This document shows, piece by piece, positions 39,310 to 52,315 of a stretch of DNA of 64,000 bases. The notes beneath the pieces are model-generated. The model did not search any database. It had not been told where the DNA came from and saw nothing but the letters and a program-made list of their open reading frames with translations. The stretch is taken from the NCBI RefSeq assembly GCF_006345805.1, contig NC_043001.1, positions 41,602,001 to 41,666,000 on the forward strand. Direction: 5' to 3'. Position 1 is the stretch's first letter. Every line of letters starts with the position of its first letter. Source of the DNA: Octopus sinensis. Taxonomy: Eukaryota. The translations under genes and the position numbers were made by a program.

Positions 39310-39329
39310 ATATATATTTATGTAGTAAA

Positions 39330-40050
39330 GCAAATCACTACATCAAAGTGGCACTTGAATTGTTATTACCAACAGCATATTGTAAACAAAGTGACCATCA
39401 GTCACTGATTTCCAACAAGCAAAATAGTTAGTTATGAAATCTCAAGAAGAGATAGAGTAGTAATGCATACTAAACAGTAAAGCGAATAGCCACATCAAAG
39501 TGGCACTTGAATGTTACAACTAGTTTAACCCAGCAGATTCTCTGCCAGCTGGTTATTGGTGCAATGCTCTGTACCTTTTGTATCACTTGCAGGAGTAGTG
39601 AACTCCTACTACCCTCCAGTAGCTAATGGGATCACAGCACTGACTCAGTTTTGAGCTATTTGGCTCGTCCTCAGCCACGAGCACCTGCACACTGGAGCAA
39701 TAGCTAAGATCCACTTCTGCCAACGATATATTGTAAACAAAGTGATCGTCAATCACTGATTTTCAAGAGGCAAAAAAGTTAGTTGTAAAATCTCAAGTAG
39801 AGATAGATTAGTAATATATACTAAACAGTAAAGTGAAACTGAATCAGTCCCATGATCTGCTAGTTGCTAGAGGGTAGGAGGGGTTTGCTCCCTCTGCTAG
39901 CGATATATTGTATATAAAGGGTGCAAAGCATTGCACTGATAATCAACTGGCAGAGAATCTTCTGGGCCACGTTGATGTGGTGATTCGCTTTACTATCTAG
40001 TATATGTTACTACTCTATCTCTTCTTGAGATTCTATAACTAGCTATTTTA
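39330..40050. repeat. Mosaic of direct and inverted copies of a ~110-160 bp unit
   Basis: Direct copies at 39377-39486 and 39728-39837. Inverted copies at ~39421-39580 and 39915-40050. Confidence 0.8.
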
Positions 40051-40059
40051 CGTCATCAT

Positions 40060-41072
40060 TGTTGTTTAACTTTCACTTTCAATACTGGTATGGGTTGGAC
40101 GGTTTGACTGAGGACTGGCAAGCCAGAAAGCTGCATCTGACAAAGTTTCTACAGCTTTGATCTGATCTGATCTGGCAAAGTTTCTACAGCTGGATGCCCT
40201 TCCTAACACCATCCACTCTGAGAGTGTAGTGGGTGCTTTTACGTGCCACTGGCATGAGTGCCAGTCAGGCGGTACTGGCTACGACCAGCACCTGCACCTC
40301 CACAAGTGAAAGTAAGACTGGATGATGCATGTATATGGACAGCAATTCTACATGGTAGTGAGACATGGGCCCTGAATTTAGAGGACATGCAAAGGTTAGA
40401 AAGGGATGAGGTTAGTATGTTCTGCTGGATGTGTAATGTAAGTGTACATGTTTGACAGAGTGCTGGTGTTTTAAGAGAGAAATTAGGCATAAGAAGAATC
40501 AGTTTCTGTGTGCAAGAGAGAAGACTGCACTGGTTTGATCATGTGATGCAAATGGATAAGGACAGTTGCATAAAGAAGTTCCAATCTTGTAAAGTAGATG
40601 GAACATATGAAAGTGGAAGACCAAGGAATACATGGGATGAAGTACTGAAGAACAACCTCAGGTTACTGAACCTTTCAAGTGAGATGAATGACAAAGGACT
40701 GAGATGCCTGGTACCTTGTTGTATCCAAGAAAACCCATACTCCACAGTAGAAGTGTCAAGGCCGGTTCCTCTGGTGATGTAAAGCACTCATGGCAATGTT
40801 ACATAAAAGCACCCATGTGTTACCACGTAAAAGTGCCCATGCAGTGCCACATAAAAACACCTATATGGTGCCACATAAAAGTACCCAGCACACTCTATAA
40901 AGTGGTTGACTTTAGGAAGGACATCCGACTGTAGGAACCGTGCCAAATCAGACTGGAATCTGGTGTGGCTCCTCAGCTTGCCAGCTTTGGTCAAACTGTC
41001 CAACCCATGCCAGCATGGACAATGGACATTAAATGATGATGATGAAGATGATGATGATGATGATGATGATTA
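40060..41072. mobile_element. Back-to-back RTE fragments (minus tail 40060-40285; plus C-terminus and tail 40290-41072)
   Basis: ILHGSETWALN, QERRLHWFDHVM and GRPRNTWDEV, then the plus-strand tail ..CCAACCCATGCCAGCATGG..(GAT)n. Confidence 0.88.
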
Positions 41073-41084
41073 CAACGATATGTA

Positions 41085-41288
41085 TATATATCTAATGCTC
41101 GTAGCTTAGTTTTTCCTTGGGGCTGGCCAGATCGGAGCGATCTCAAGATTAATCAGCCGAAATTGCGAGGATGATCCGGTTCTTGACTGAAGATTAGAGG
41201 CTTCGAATGACCCATCCGCTTTTATGTCGTCTATTTGAATGTTTTGCGTTCTTGTCCCATTTTGTATTTTTATATATATTTTTTATGT

Positions 41289-41300
<12 letters not shown>
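41085..41300 (+). mobile_element. Repeat of probable Penelope-like terminal origin, copy 1
   Basis: Reverse complement of 46560-46770. CpG-retaining, ends in (TA)n. Confidence 0.55.
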
Positions 41301-41335
<35 letters not shown>

Positions 41336-41529
41336 TGTTTCAAAAATGTATACATTCATTTAGTTATTATAAAGTCAATGTTTATTAAAAATACATTTCA
41401 TTTTAAAAAAAGGTAATAGTATTTTGCTAATTTGCACTAAACTATAATTCTTGGTCAATTAACATTATGCTTTTTCATAATATGTGGATTCTTAGGTCCC
41501 TAATAGGTAATTGTGGTAATTAATTACCA

Positions 41530-42000
41530 AGCATCACTGGTAAAATTCCACTTTTCGGTGCAGATCATCTTCATTAAGAACAAGTGCTATTCTTGGAAAG
41601 TAACTTTTCTATTGGCAGCACTTCAAAATATGATGGACTCTTGATTTTGAAACTCCTGTATCATAACTTCCTTGCTGCACAGATTTTCTTGAATTCTGGT
41701 AATACTTCTCAAGTCCTTTTTGTTAGGTATCAAAAATATCCATAGTCTTCTAGAATGTTTCTTGTGTATGTTCTGAACAGTTCCATCAGCTTCAAACTAA
41801 TCTATAATTCAAGTGATGGAAAGTCTCATGAGTGAAACTGTTTAAAAATCCCGCCTAAACTGTTTTTGCACTTGACTGCATTTTCAAACTTCCAGTAGCA
41901 GTTTAGGATAAACTCAATTTGTCCAAAGATTTGTCTGGTTTCCTTCATTATTTCTGACAAGTTAAACCTAAAAAGATATGAAAGTTGAGTTACCAGCTGT
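41530..42000 (-). mobile_element. Tc1/mariner superfamily transposase N-terminal half (DUF4817-like HTH), decayed
   Basis: Minus-strand EFILNCYWKFENA..QKQFRR..FEADGTVQNIHKKHS..GVSKS.VH.IL..LNEDD. Confidence 0.65.
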
Positions 42001-42727
42001 TAAAGTGTGTATATCTTATATTCTTGAGTTTGGATATAAACTACGCTGTAAGAGTGTTATAACACTACAAAAACTAAACCAGTAACAAACACGTAAGAAG
42101 CTTATATCTCTTCTCAACAACTTCTATGACTGCCTTCACAAATATGACTGCACACACTGTACTTTGCACTGTCAGTATACATGTGCCTTTACAAGATTTA
42201 AGACAGTTCCCTTGCTATCCTACAGGGGTGTCAGGATTTCACCACAACAGTCATGGCTGGCCTGAGGAGGTGCGGGGCCCAATTGGGAACAATTTTGGTG
42301 GGCCCCAGGTTCCCAGTCAACTTGCACCTTGGAAATTCCCTCCCCACACTCACCTCGGAGTTTTTTTTCCCTCAGTTTGCTTTCAGGTGCTATCAACTAA
42401 TCTTACCTTCTATTATACTGCAAAGGGCTTTTTTCCTGTTTGCGGCATATTAGGTGATCTAGTAAATAGATATGTATATATATTTTTATGTGTGTGTATA
42501 TATGTATGTGTATATATATATATGTATGTGCGTGTATATGATATATATATGTGTGTATGTATGTGTGTGTGTATATATAATACATATGTATATGTATATA
42601 TATATAAATATATATTGATATGCATTGATATAAATTGTTCAGTAAAGCCAGAAACATATGTACCGCAAAATCCTTTGCATCCTGTCTTTTCTTTTGATAA
42701 ATATATATATAAAAATATATATATGGC

Positions 42728-43000
42728 CCGTGTTGGTGTCACATAAAAGCACCCAGTCCATGCTGTAAAGTGGTGGCATTAGGAAGGACATCTAGCCATT
42801 AAAACCATGCTCCCATGCAATGCCACATAAAAACACTCAGTCCACGCTGAAAGTGGTGGCATTAGGAAGGGCATCCAGCCACAAAAGCCATGCCAAACCA
42901 GACAGGTGCCAGACGTAACACCTGGCTTGTTGGCCCCTGTTAAACCGTCCAACCCATGCCAACATGGAAAACAGACTTTAGATGATGAGGATGATAATAT
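42728..43000 (+). mobile_element. RTE 3' tail fragment with an internal duplication
   Basis: GTGCCACATAAAA..AAGTGGTGGCATTAGGAAGG occurs twice, then CCAACCCATGCCAACATGGAA..(GAT). Confidence 0.8.
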
Positions 43001-43027
43001 GCATATATATAAATACATACATATATT

Positions 43028-43335
43028 GTGGAAGCGCAATGGCCCAGTGGTTAGGGCAGCGGACTCGCGGTCGTAGGATTGCGGTTTTGATTCCCAGACC
43101 GGGCATTGTGTGTGTTTATTGAGCAAAAACACCTAAAAAGCTCCAAGAAGCTCCGGCAGGGGTTGGTGATCCCTGCTGTACTCTTTCACCACTCCTCCTC
43201 TCACTCTTTCTTCTGTTGGCCTGCTCGCTTAGCCAGCGGGGTGGCGTCATTCGAAGGCTAAAACAATGCGAACGCATTGTGACCAGCGATGTGTAGCAAC
43301 ATCTGATGGTCTGGTCGGTCACGTGATCACGTGAT
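43028..43335 (+). mobile_element. tRNA-derived SINE (family 1, tail type b)
   Basis: A box TGGCCCAGTGG and B box GGTTTTGATTCC. The tail ends GGTCACGTGATCACGTGAT. Confidence 0.87.
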
Positions 43336-43377
43336 ATTGTGTATATATTTATATGTGTATATATATGGGTGTATGTA

Positions 43378-43424
<47 letters not shown>

Positions 43425-44215
43425 ATATATATATGTGTATGTATATGTGTGTGTGGTAACTTTCAGAAACGTAGATAATTTGCAAATTAAATTTTCTACA
43501 TATATGTCTCAGATGGTGTAGATTGCAATTATATTGGAATTTGTTGTATAAATCACTTTTCTCTCTCTTTAAAATAAACTCAAAGGTAGCCAGACCTTAA
43601 TGTGGTTGTTTAGTATGCTAGAAATAGCAGTTATTAGGCATAAAAAAACAACCACTATTCTGATCTCCTAATACACTGCAAAGGGGGAAAAAAGTCCTTT
43701 GTAGTATACTACAAGCCAAGATTAGTTGATAGCACATGAAAAAAATGAGGAAAATATCATTCGAAGGCCCACTCTACTCCAATTTTGGTAGAAAAAAGTC
43801 TTTCAGTATATTAGGCGATGATAATAGTTGATAGCATAAGAAAAAAGAAAAACAAGGAAAAACATTATTTCTCACTGAAATCAAGTTGGGTGTTGTTAAA
43901 CTATAAATTTAAAGTACATCTAAACTACACCTTTTAAAAATATTCTGGCAAAAATCAGAAAGAAATTTAACAATATCCCAAAGAGACTCTTATTTGTTGC
44001 ATGTTGTTACACTAAAAGAGATATACATAAAATGCAAATTGATAATAATTATCAATAAGAATTTTTCCGAAGCTGGTTATATACTTACCAGTTTTTTTTT
44101 CTTATAAGCTCTGTTGTAAGACAGTCATGTCTGTGTAGCAGGAGCTTCATTGCTTAGCTATATGTTTCTGGATTTAGCACCAGTGTGTAACACCAAATAT
44201 ATCCTACTATAGCCC

Positions 44216-44248
<33 letters not shown>

Positions 44249-44606
44249 TTGTGCTTGTCCAAAACTTGAATAGGTGCCGTTGTAAAGAGATTTTCTCTTT
44301 TGAACAAGAGACAAGAAATTTTATCTCATATGACCAATCTTTCTCCCACTATACACACACACACACACACACATACACACACGCATACATTCACATGCAT
44401 ATATGTAAATATACAATTCCCCACAAAATAAAATACATATACATACAATCATACACATAAATGCAAAAGCCTGAACTAAACCACTATCAAAAATAATTGA
44501 ACTTTTAACCTTCAACTATTGTAGCCAAAATGCTGAGTACTGAATTCTTTTACACATACCCATCCATTTAGCCTTTTGCATTTATCACTTTTTTTACTTT
44601 CCTTAA

Positions 44607-44825
44607 CCCTTTAGTGTTCAGATTACACTGTTAAATGTAATATTTTTTTAATTCAAATTGTTTTGAATTAATCAAGCATTATCTTATAGCTTTGAGGTTT
44701 CAATGATGTGATTGTTTATTTTTAGAATGGCATTGTAGGTTATGTGTGAAAGGCTAGATATTGCCAGTTTGAATATAAAACATAGAATATTTGGGCCGGA
44801 TATGGCCGGTTAAAACACTAAAGGG
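44607..44825 (+). mobile_element. piggyBac-like MITE family P1 (best copy, 219 bp)
   Basis: TTAA TSD (44603-06, 44826-29) and TIR CCCTTTAGTGTT / AACACTAAAGGG. Confidence 0.88.
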
Positions 44826-44834
44826 TTAATACAT

Positions 44835-44889
<55 letters not shown>

Positions 44890-44896
<7 letters not shown>

Positions 44897-45088
44897 GTGT
44901 GATTTTTTTTCCTCCGTCTTCCCTTCCTTGGATCTTTCCTTTTTCTATGTTTCTGACGAAGCGCTCCACTCAAAACGTTAAATTCACCTTCTTTCTTTCC
45001 TTTCCTGAGCATCCAATAACAGTATAATTGTTCCACATCCTCGTGTTGTTGTGTTTTATCTTTGTGTTTTCATGTTTGGATTAACTAC

Positions 45089-45090
<2 letters not shown>
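44890..45090 (+). mobile_element. Penelope-like terminal fragment with degenerate hammerhead
   Basis: GTTT-CTGACGA-AGCGCTCCACTC-AAAACGTTAAA (G12 lost). Same layout as the 15494 motif. Confidence 0.45.
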
Positions 45091-45123
<33 letters not shown>

Positions 45124-45244
45124 ATACATATCTGTATATAAAATACATTTTATTGAAATAAAGTTTCCCCAAAATTAAACATATACAAACATACATATAT
45201 ATATATATAGCGCGGAAAATGGACGTTAAACGATGATGATGATG

Positions 45245-45960
45245 ATATTATGGCTGTGTGGTAAGAAGCTTGCTTCCCAACCACATGGTTCCAGGTTCAG
45301 TCCCACTGCATGGCACCTTAGGCAAGTGTCTTCTACTATAGCCTCAAGTCAACCAAAGCCTTGTGAGTGGACTTGGTAGATCCACAAAGGTAAAGGTGGT
45401 ACTTTAGATAGAAATAATTACATAGGTATCAAATTGTAAGATCAGGTGATGAAGTCACAGAGAGGGTCATAGCCCAACTGGTTAGTCTAGATGAAATACA
45501 GTGCCAATCTCTAACTGTGGAGGGAACCTGTGATATAGGTAGACCCAGGAAGACATGGGATGAGGTGTTGAAACAGGATCATTGAATGTTGAGCCTCTTG
45601 GAAACAATGACTAATGAACAAGACCTTTTATAATGGGCCGTGCTTGAGAAGATCCATCAAGCCAAGTGAAATCATAGCCACAGCCAGTGCTGGTGTCACA
45701 TAACTGGCACCTGTGCTGGTGGCACATAAAAAGCATCATTCAAGCGCTGGGCCATATGGAGGCGATGTGACCGATGCTAGTGTCACGTAACTGTTACCCC
45801 TGCCGGTAGCATGTAAAAGCTCCCATTACACTCTCAGAGTGGTTGGTGTTAGGGAGGGCATCCAGCTGTAGAAACCATGCCAAATCAGTGTAGAGTCTGG
45901 TGCAGCCCCTCAGCTTGCCAGCCCTGGTGAAACTGTCCAACCCATGGACAATAGACTTTA
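45245..45960 (+). mobile_element. SINE family 2 head (45245-45380) fused to RTE C-terminus and tail
   Basis: TGGCTGTGTGG..GGTTCAGTCCC, then GRPRKTWDEVLK, then the RTE tail. Confidence 0.8.
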
Positions 45961-46231
45961 AACTCTTTGTTATTTGGCAGTGTCATGAGTTTTGTTGATG
46001 TATAACATATTGATGACAAACATAATTTGCTTGGAGGGTCAAAAAAATGGAAAATATATATATATAAAAACAGAAAAAATGTATGTGTGATTATGTTTGT
46101 GTGCATGTGTTAGTATATAAAAGTATGTATGTATGTATGCATGTATGTATGCATGTATGTATGTATGTATGTATGTATGTATGTATGTATGTATGTATAT
46201 GTATGTATATACATACATAGGTCGTAACCCC

Positions 46232-46420
46232 TTTTCCAGCATCTGACACAGCTTCTAAGCAAAGAAATTGGATCACTGCTCTTAGTTCTTCTTTGGTGCA
46301 CATTGCTAGTGGATTGGCCATTATTAAGCTGTAAAACCAGAAAGAAAAATGGCATGATCAAGCTTAAACTTTGATCACGTGACCACAATAGTACCAATCA
46401 TAAGCATTCATGTGCAGAAG
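46232..46420 (-). mobile_element. mariner 5' fragment
   Basis: Minus-strand MANPLAMCTKEELRAVIQFLCLEAVS matches the mariner N-terminal EE(Q)RAVIRFL..EG pattern. Confidence 0.65.
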
Positions 46421-46484
46421 GCAGAGTGATAATAATAAAGATATGCAATGGCAAAAGTGCAGATAATTTTTTAGTTCTTCTTGT

Positions 46485-46527
<43 letters not shown>

Positions 46528-46544
46528 GAAGAGAACAAGGTGTA

Positions 46545-46930
46545 CGTTACACCACAATAATATATGTATAAAAATATATATATAAAAATACAAAATGGGA
46601 CAAGAATGCAAAACATTCAAATAGACGACACAAAAAATGGACGGGTCATTCGAAGCCTCTAATCTTCAGTCAAAAACCGGATCATCCTCGCAATTTTGAC
46701 TGATTAATCTTGAGATCACTCCAATCCGGCCAGCCCCAAGGAAAAACTAAGCTATGAGCATTAGATTTCTTGGAAAAAGGATCGAATGTATACGAAACAA
46801 GGACAGAAAAACAGATGATGCCACACGAATATAAATACAAAAAACAATAATAATAATAACAGGACAAAAACAACAGGTGTCTTTCGACTTTAGACAGTTC
46901 AACTTAGCTTAGCTGGCGTATTTGGAAAAT
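46545..46930 (-). mobile_element. Repeat of probable Penelope-like terminal origin, copy 2 (longer)
   Basis: Reverse complement of 41085-41300 plus ~150 bp of extra upstream sequence, with (TA)n on both sides. Confidence 0.55.
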
Positions 46931-47085
46931 ATATATATATATATATTTGCACACACATATAATGGTGCATAAAAATATTAAAAATTGTATATGTATACAG
47001 ACATACATACTTGCATACATATATACATGAATACATACATATATATAATGGTGTATAAATACATGGGACAAAATGTATGTGTGTG

Positions 47086-47118
<33 letters not shown>

Positions 47119-48588
47119 AATATATACATACATATATATACAGAGAGAGAGAGAAGGGAGAGAGAGAGAAAAAAGAGAGAGAACTACATAATCATCAGCC
47201 TTATCATTTTGCACATGCTTTCTACACTGGCTTGGTTTGGAGCAATTGACATCGACTGAATCAGTTCTTAATTAGAATTGCTGCCTTCCTAGATTAGACG
47301 GTGTCTATGTCTCTCACACTTATAAACTAGACATAGCATAGTTTCTACAGCAGCTACATGTTGGTTAATTGATTTGGGAATTTAATAGAAAAACAGCATG
47401 AGTGGCATGATAGGAAAAAAGGGTATGATTGTGTGAGGCCAGGTGATGGAAGAGGAAAAGTGATGTACATCAATAAAGAGTGATGGAGAAGGGAGTAATG
47501 TGTGAGAGATGATAAAGTATTGAAGAATACCAATAAAAATAGATGGTGAGAGAGAGAGAGAGAGAGAATGGGGGGATTGCAATAGAGAAGAGTGATGATA
47601 AGAAAGAATGGTAAATATCAATAATGAGTATCAAGGGGAAAGAGCATGATGGCTAATAGTAAAAAATGGTAATGGAAGAAAGCATTGAATACAAGCAAAC
47701 TTAATGTGATCCTTCGTTACACAGGCAGCATGATGGAAGAGAGGGAGAGTGATAAGTAGTGATTGTTGGGCAGTACTATTCCTCATCAGATGGACAGTAT
47801 GGTATAGTGAATATGGATAGAGGTGAGTAATAGATGAGAGGACAATAAAGAGGGTAGGAGGGCAGTACATGGAATATAATGGGTGACACACCCTAATATA
47901 GACAAATACATTCTGATCATCATCACTTTTAAAAGGTTTGTTCATTGTTATGGTATTGAATTTTAGGGACAATTTCTTTATGTGGTATAAAGCCTAAGAA
48001 GTGACAAGAAATGCATTATTGATCAGTAAAAATAATGTAATAAAGACAAAGAGAAAATCAAAATCAAGTCATAGACTCGATTAGCCAAAAACTTTCCTTT
48101 AACTCTCATGATAGCTGAATTGAAAAATAATTTGTAAAATAAATCTATGATGGGAAAAATTAAATATTTATCTCAGATGTTGCATGTAGGCTCTTAAGAA
48201 TGTCCTTTCAGATAAATATTGGAATAAATTTTTCAAAATTTTTAATAATTATTATTGATATTTGTTGCGAATACCATATTCTAGTTTCTGATTAAAGATC
48301 ATATAATCTTCATCTTTAATTAATCTTCAAACAAGAAAACTTAATTTTCAGTTTTACCACATTCAGTTGTGTCAGATTTGAGTATAATTTTGGTTTTCTA
48401 CTAAGATGCTTAAAATAAAGGCTGTTACAGAAAAATCACAGCTGAACATAATGATAAAATAAGAAAATTATAAAAATAATTGTGATAAGAAAAGCTTGTT
48501 AAATCTTCCGATATCAGCCCACATCAGACTGCTTTTACTTCTTTGATACAAGCCTCCTGTTTTCAAGTATTGGTATTTGAATTAAAAC

Positions 48589-49040
48589 TGTAGCGAGGCA
48601 CAAGAAGCCAGCACCATTTTGTATGAGATCTCGCCAGTAGCCATTACCATGTCCAAGACAGGAGTGAGATCTCATCTGCAATCATTTGCCATGTGCAAGA
48701 TGACAGCGAGACTCTCATCAGCAACGACTATATAAGCAGGAGAATTAAGACATTCTTTTTTTTTTCCTTGTCACTTACTCTGAGAAACACTGCGAAGTTA
48801 GCAGTTCACACCGGACTCTTATCCCGCTCTAACTTCACCTGTTATCTCCAGAGGTAATGAACTTCACGTGAATGGAGCTATAATGAACCACACACTGCCA
48901 TAAAGATGGTGACTGAGAGTGAACCACATGAACGAGAACTAAAAATAAACAACTAACACGACTTAACACAAATAAACCCTATGTCACCAGGACAGACTGC
49001 ACTGTGCATTGGCCCAAAAAACTCACCAGAACTATTTACA
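48589..49040 (+). mobile_element. Candidate solo LTR
   Basis: Begins TGTAGCG. TATATAAG at 48729, AATAAA at 48944 and 48971, a possible ..TACA end at 49040, and repeated GAGATCTC motifs. No TSD found. Confidence 0.4.
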
Positions 49041-49129
49041 TTTAACCTTTTTTTTTCCTGTGACAGACAATTGTTTTCTTGTGTGCTGAACAATTCCTTT
49101 GTCAAAAATTTTGTGCATGCCCCTTTTAT

Positions 49130-49352
49130 ATCTCTTTTACTCTCTCTTTTACTCTTTTACTGGTTTCAGTCACTTGACTGTGGCCATGCTGGAGCACCGC
49201 CTTTAGTCGAGCAACTCAACCCCGGGACTTATTCTTTGTAAGCCCAGTACTTATTCTATCGGTCTCTTTTGCTGAACTGCTAAGTGATGGGGACATAAAC
49301 ACACCAGCATCGGTTGTCAAGCAATGCTAGGAGGACAAACACAGACACACAA
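49130..49352 (-). mobile_element. SINE family 2 tail half
   Basis: Close homolog of 9084-9295. Confidence 0.85.
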
Positions 49353-49683
49353 ACAGTTGCAGTTTGAATGGAAAACGATGCTCCACCTACCATATTCACT
49401 GGACATTGCCCCATCAGATTATCATTTATTCTGCAGTCTTCAAAATCATCTGGACAGAATAAATATGAATTCTGTAGATGAGGTCAGAACAGTACTGGAG
49501 GAGTATTTTTCATCATGGACAAGTGAATTTGGAAGAGGAGCCTTGCAAGTCTGCCAGATAGATGGAAGAGCATTGTAGAAAATAAAGGAGAGTATATTTT
49601 ACATTAAAAAAGAACTTTGTTTATCTTAATTTTGAAAAATAAAAGAAGTATTAGAAAACCACATTATTTATGGGATGACCCAA
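49353..49683 (+). mobile_element. mariner 3' fragment with right TIR
   Basis: HLPYSLDIAPSDYHLFCSLQNHL..RWKSIVENKGEY, ending ATTATTTATGGGATGACCCAA-TA. Confidence 0.8.
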
Positions 49684-49689
49684 TACACT

Positions 49690-51150
49690 ATTCAATGCAT
49701 CTTTCATTTTCTAAGGTAATAAGATGTGGTTTGAGAAAGAATTCACAGCTATTTTTAGCATCTCAAGCAGACATCAGATGGTTCTCTAAGCAGAACTTTT
49801 TAGAGAAAACCACCTCTACATGTGTTGCTTGCTTTACATCCAGCTCCATGCCTTAGACATTTGCTAAACCTTCTTCAAAACTATCTGTTCTCCACTTTGC
49901 TAGGATTGCCATCATGTACACATACATGACAAGTGTTAAAGCATCTTTGGTTGTTTCAAACCAATAAGGCCCTCAGTCCTGACCATGCCCCTTTCATTAC
50001 CCTCAAACAATGCCAGTTATCTTCATCAAACTTTGCGATCTCTCTCCAGGGATATGTTCCAATCTTTGGAAAGATGCCATAATCTATCCTGTTCACAAGG
50101 AGAACCTCTGACACTGACAATTATCATCCTATCACTTCAATATCTTAAAGGTGATGGAAATAGTTATTAACAAGTACCTTCTCTAGCATCTCTCTTTCCT
50201 CTCTCCCCCTCTTCCCCTCTCTCTATCTGTCTGTCTGTCTCTCTCTCTCTCTATCTGTCTATCTATCTATCTATTTATCTATCTACCTTTCCTTAGTGAC
50301 ATTTTCAAATGCCATTCTTTATGAAAGTAAAGCTATTGTAAACAAGATCTACTAGAGACCTACATTCCCTCCTATGTTATTCTGTCATGGAATTTTGTGG
50401 AAATACTGTTGATGAACTTGTCATCAACAAAGCATTCACCTGCATCTGTCATGCAAATCTCCTGGCAAATTACCTGCTTTTAGGTTCAATCTACCAGTTG
50501 TCTCTTAGATTCACGGCTTCCAGTCCAATCATAACGTTACTGTATGGGCTGATGGAGCTCCCTCTGATTCACACTCTATCAGTTCTGCTATATTCCAAAG
50601 TTTGGGTTTGTCTCCTATACTCTGCTTCCTAAATATCAGTGATCAACTTGCCATCACTTTCAACAATGCCCACTCCTAAACAGATGATGTCTTTATCCTT
50701 CCTTTATCATCTAAATCTGAGCATCATCCTGTATGCCATTTAGTCATCTTACTCAATACCAGCACAAACTCCCTGAACAGAGACCTCAAAAACATCCAGT
50801 GGGGTGATACTAATTGTGTCTCCTTCAACAAAACAAAAGTACACATCAAAAAAATATTATCATATTCATGGCAGTGACAAACCCTAATGCCATTACAACT
50901 ACTTAACTTCACAATCATTTAGAATCACTGGTAAAGGCACATACTGAATATTGCAAAGACAGAATCTCAAAGATAGCATTTCAAAGAGCAACCTTCTTTT
51001 TCAAAATCACAAAATACTTCAGTCCCCAAATGCTACTGACAGGGATCAACATGGCACCAACATTTTGAATAGTACTACTGCTATACATAAATGCATCCTA
51101 AAGTGCATTTAAAAAGGCCATCACATTCAAAAAGGCCATAGGCTTGCTGG
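49690..51150 (+). mobile_element. CR1/L2-group LINE RT region, decayed, interrupted by (CT)/(CTAT)n
   Basis: KALSPD.., IIYPVHK..DNYHPIT..SKVME, INKAF and TDD near 50682. Confidence 0.7.
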
Positions 51151-51283
51151 CTCCTCTCTGCCTTTTCTGTTACTACTACCACTACTATAATAGCTTCTGC
51201 TCATAGGATTTCACTAGTCTCAAGCCAACTTTATTCAGACGCTTACAACTCACTCCATTGTCACCCATATTGTGTCCACTTAC

Positions 51284-51371
51284 AGTGCAAACTCCTATTC
51301 TTATCCCATCTGTCCAGTATGTCAGCCATCTGGAAGTCCAACCCTGAACATTTTTTCCTGCAGCTATTAAC
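51284..51371 (-). CDS. Candidate 88-nt internal exon of an unidentified host gene
   Basis: Acceptor TAACATTTCTCTTGTACCATTACAG|G and donor T|GTAAGT in unique sequence. Two frames are open: VNSCRKKCSGLDFQMADILDRWDKNRSLH or LIAAGKNVQGWTSRWLTYWTDGIRIGVCT. Confidence 0.45.
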
Positions 51372-52249
51372 CTGTAATGGTACAAGAGAAATGTTAACCA
51401 TGCCAATATTGTCAGTCTTGGTGGGGCTACAAAGGTCAATGGCCCAGTCCACCAAAATTGATGAGAACAAACAAATAGTGAACAAACAGAACAAACCAAT
51501 AGTGAAAAAGGGATACAGACTTTTCGTTTGCTTTTTTTCTCATTTTTTTAATGCTGTTTTTCCTTTTAACAGAAAAAAAAATAAGGAGCTCGTTTGGTTG
51601 TACAGCAAGAAGCTTGCCTTGCAACCTTGTGGTTTGGGGTCCAGTCACACTTTGTAGCAGCTTGAGTTACTGTCTTCCACTATTACGTCAGGTTGACCAA
51701 TGCTGTGTGTGTGAATTTGGTAGATGGAAACTGTATGGAAGTCCATCATATATCTGTGTGTGTGTTGTTATGTTTGGTTTGCATACATCTCTATAACTTT
51801 GCAGTTCAATAAAATAAAACTGATAAAATAAGTACCAGATTTATAAAAAATAAGTACTGGGGTTTATGGTGCTCCAGCAGGGTCATTGTCTAATGACTGA
51901 AACAAGTAAAAATAAATGAATTATACTATTTTCCTGAGTTACTATCTCTGGCTAAGATGAAATCATAATAGTAAATGTATTTCATCATTTCTAAAACTTT
52001 TAATATTTGGATATTTGACATTGAAATTAATATATTTGGAAAAGAAAACAACAGAATGTTCCAGAACGAGTGGAGAGAGCCAAATTTACAGCCAGACATG
52101 ACAGCTGACAGGAAACAAACCAGTTTATACAGAATTCTTTTTATATATATGAAAGAAGAGAAAAAACAGGAAAATATTATTATGCAATTATTTTGGAGTA
52201 AACATACTCTGACAGCAATCATGACATTTTATGCATATGTATTATCTGT

Positions 52250-52315
<66 letters not shown>

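Noticed and set aside
41187-41215. CTGAAGA..TTCGAATGAC as a functional hammerhead
   Set aside because: It lacks GAAA/A15.1, has no convincing stem I or III, and both copies share the defect.
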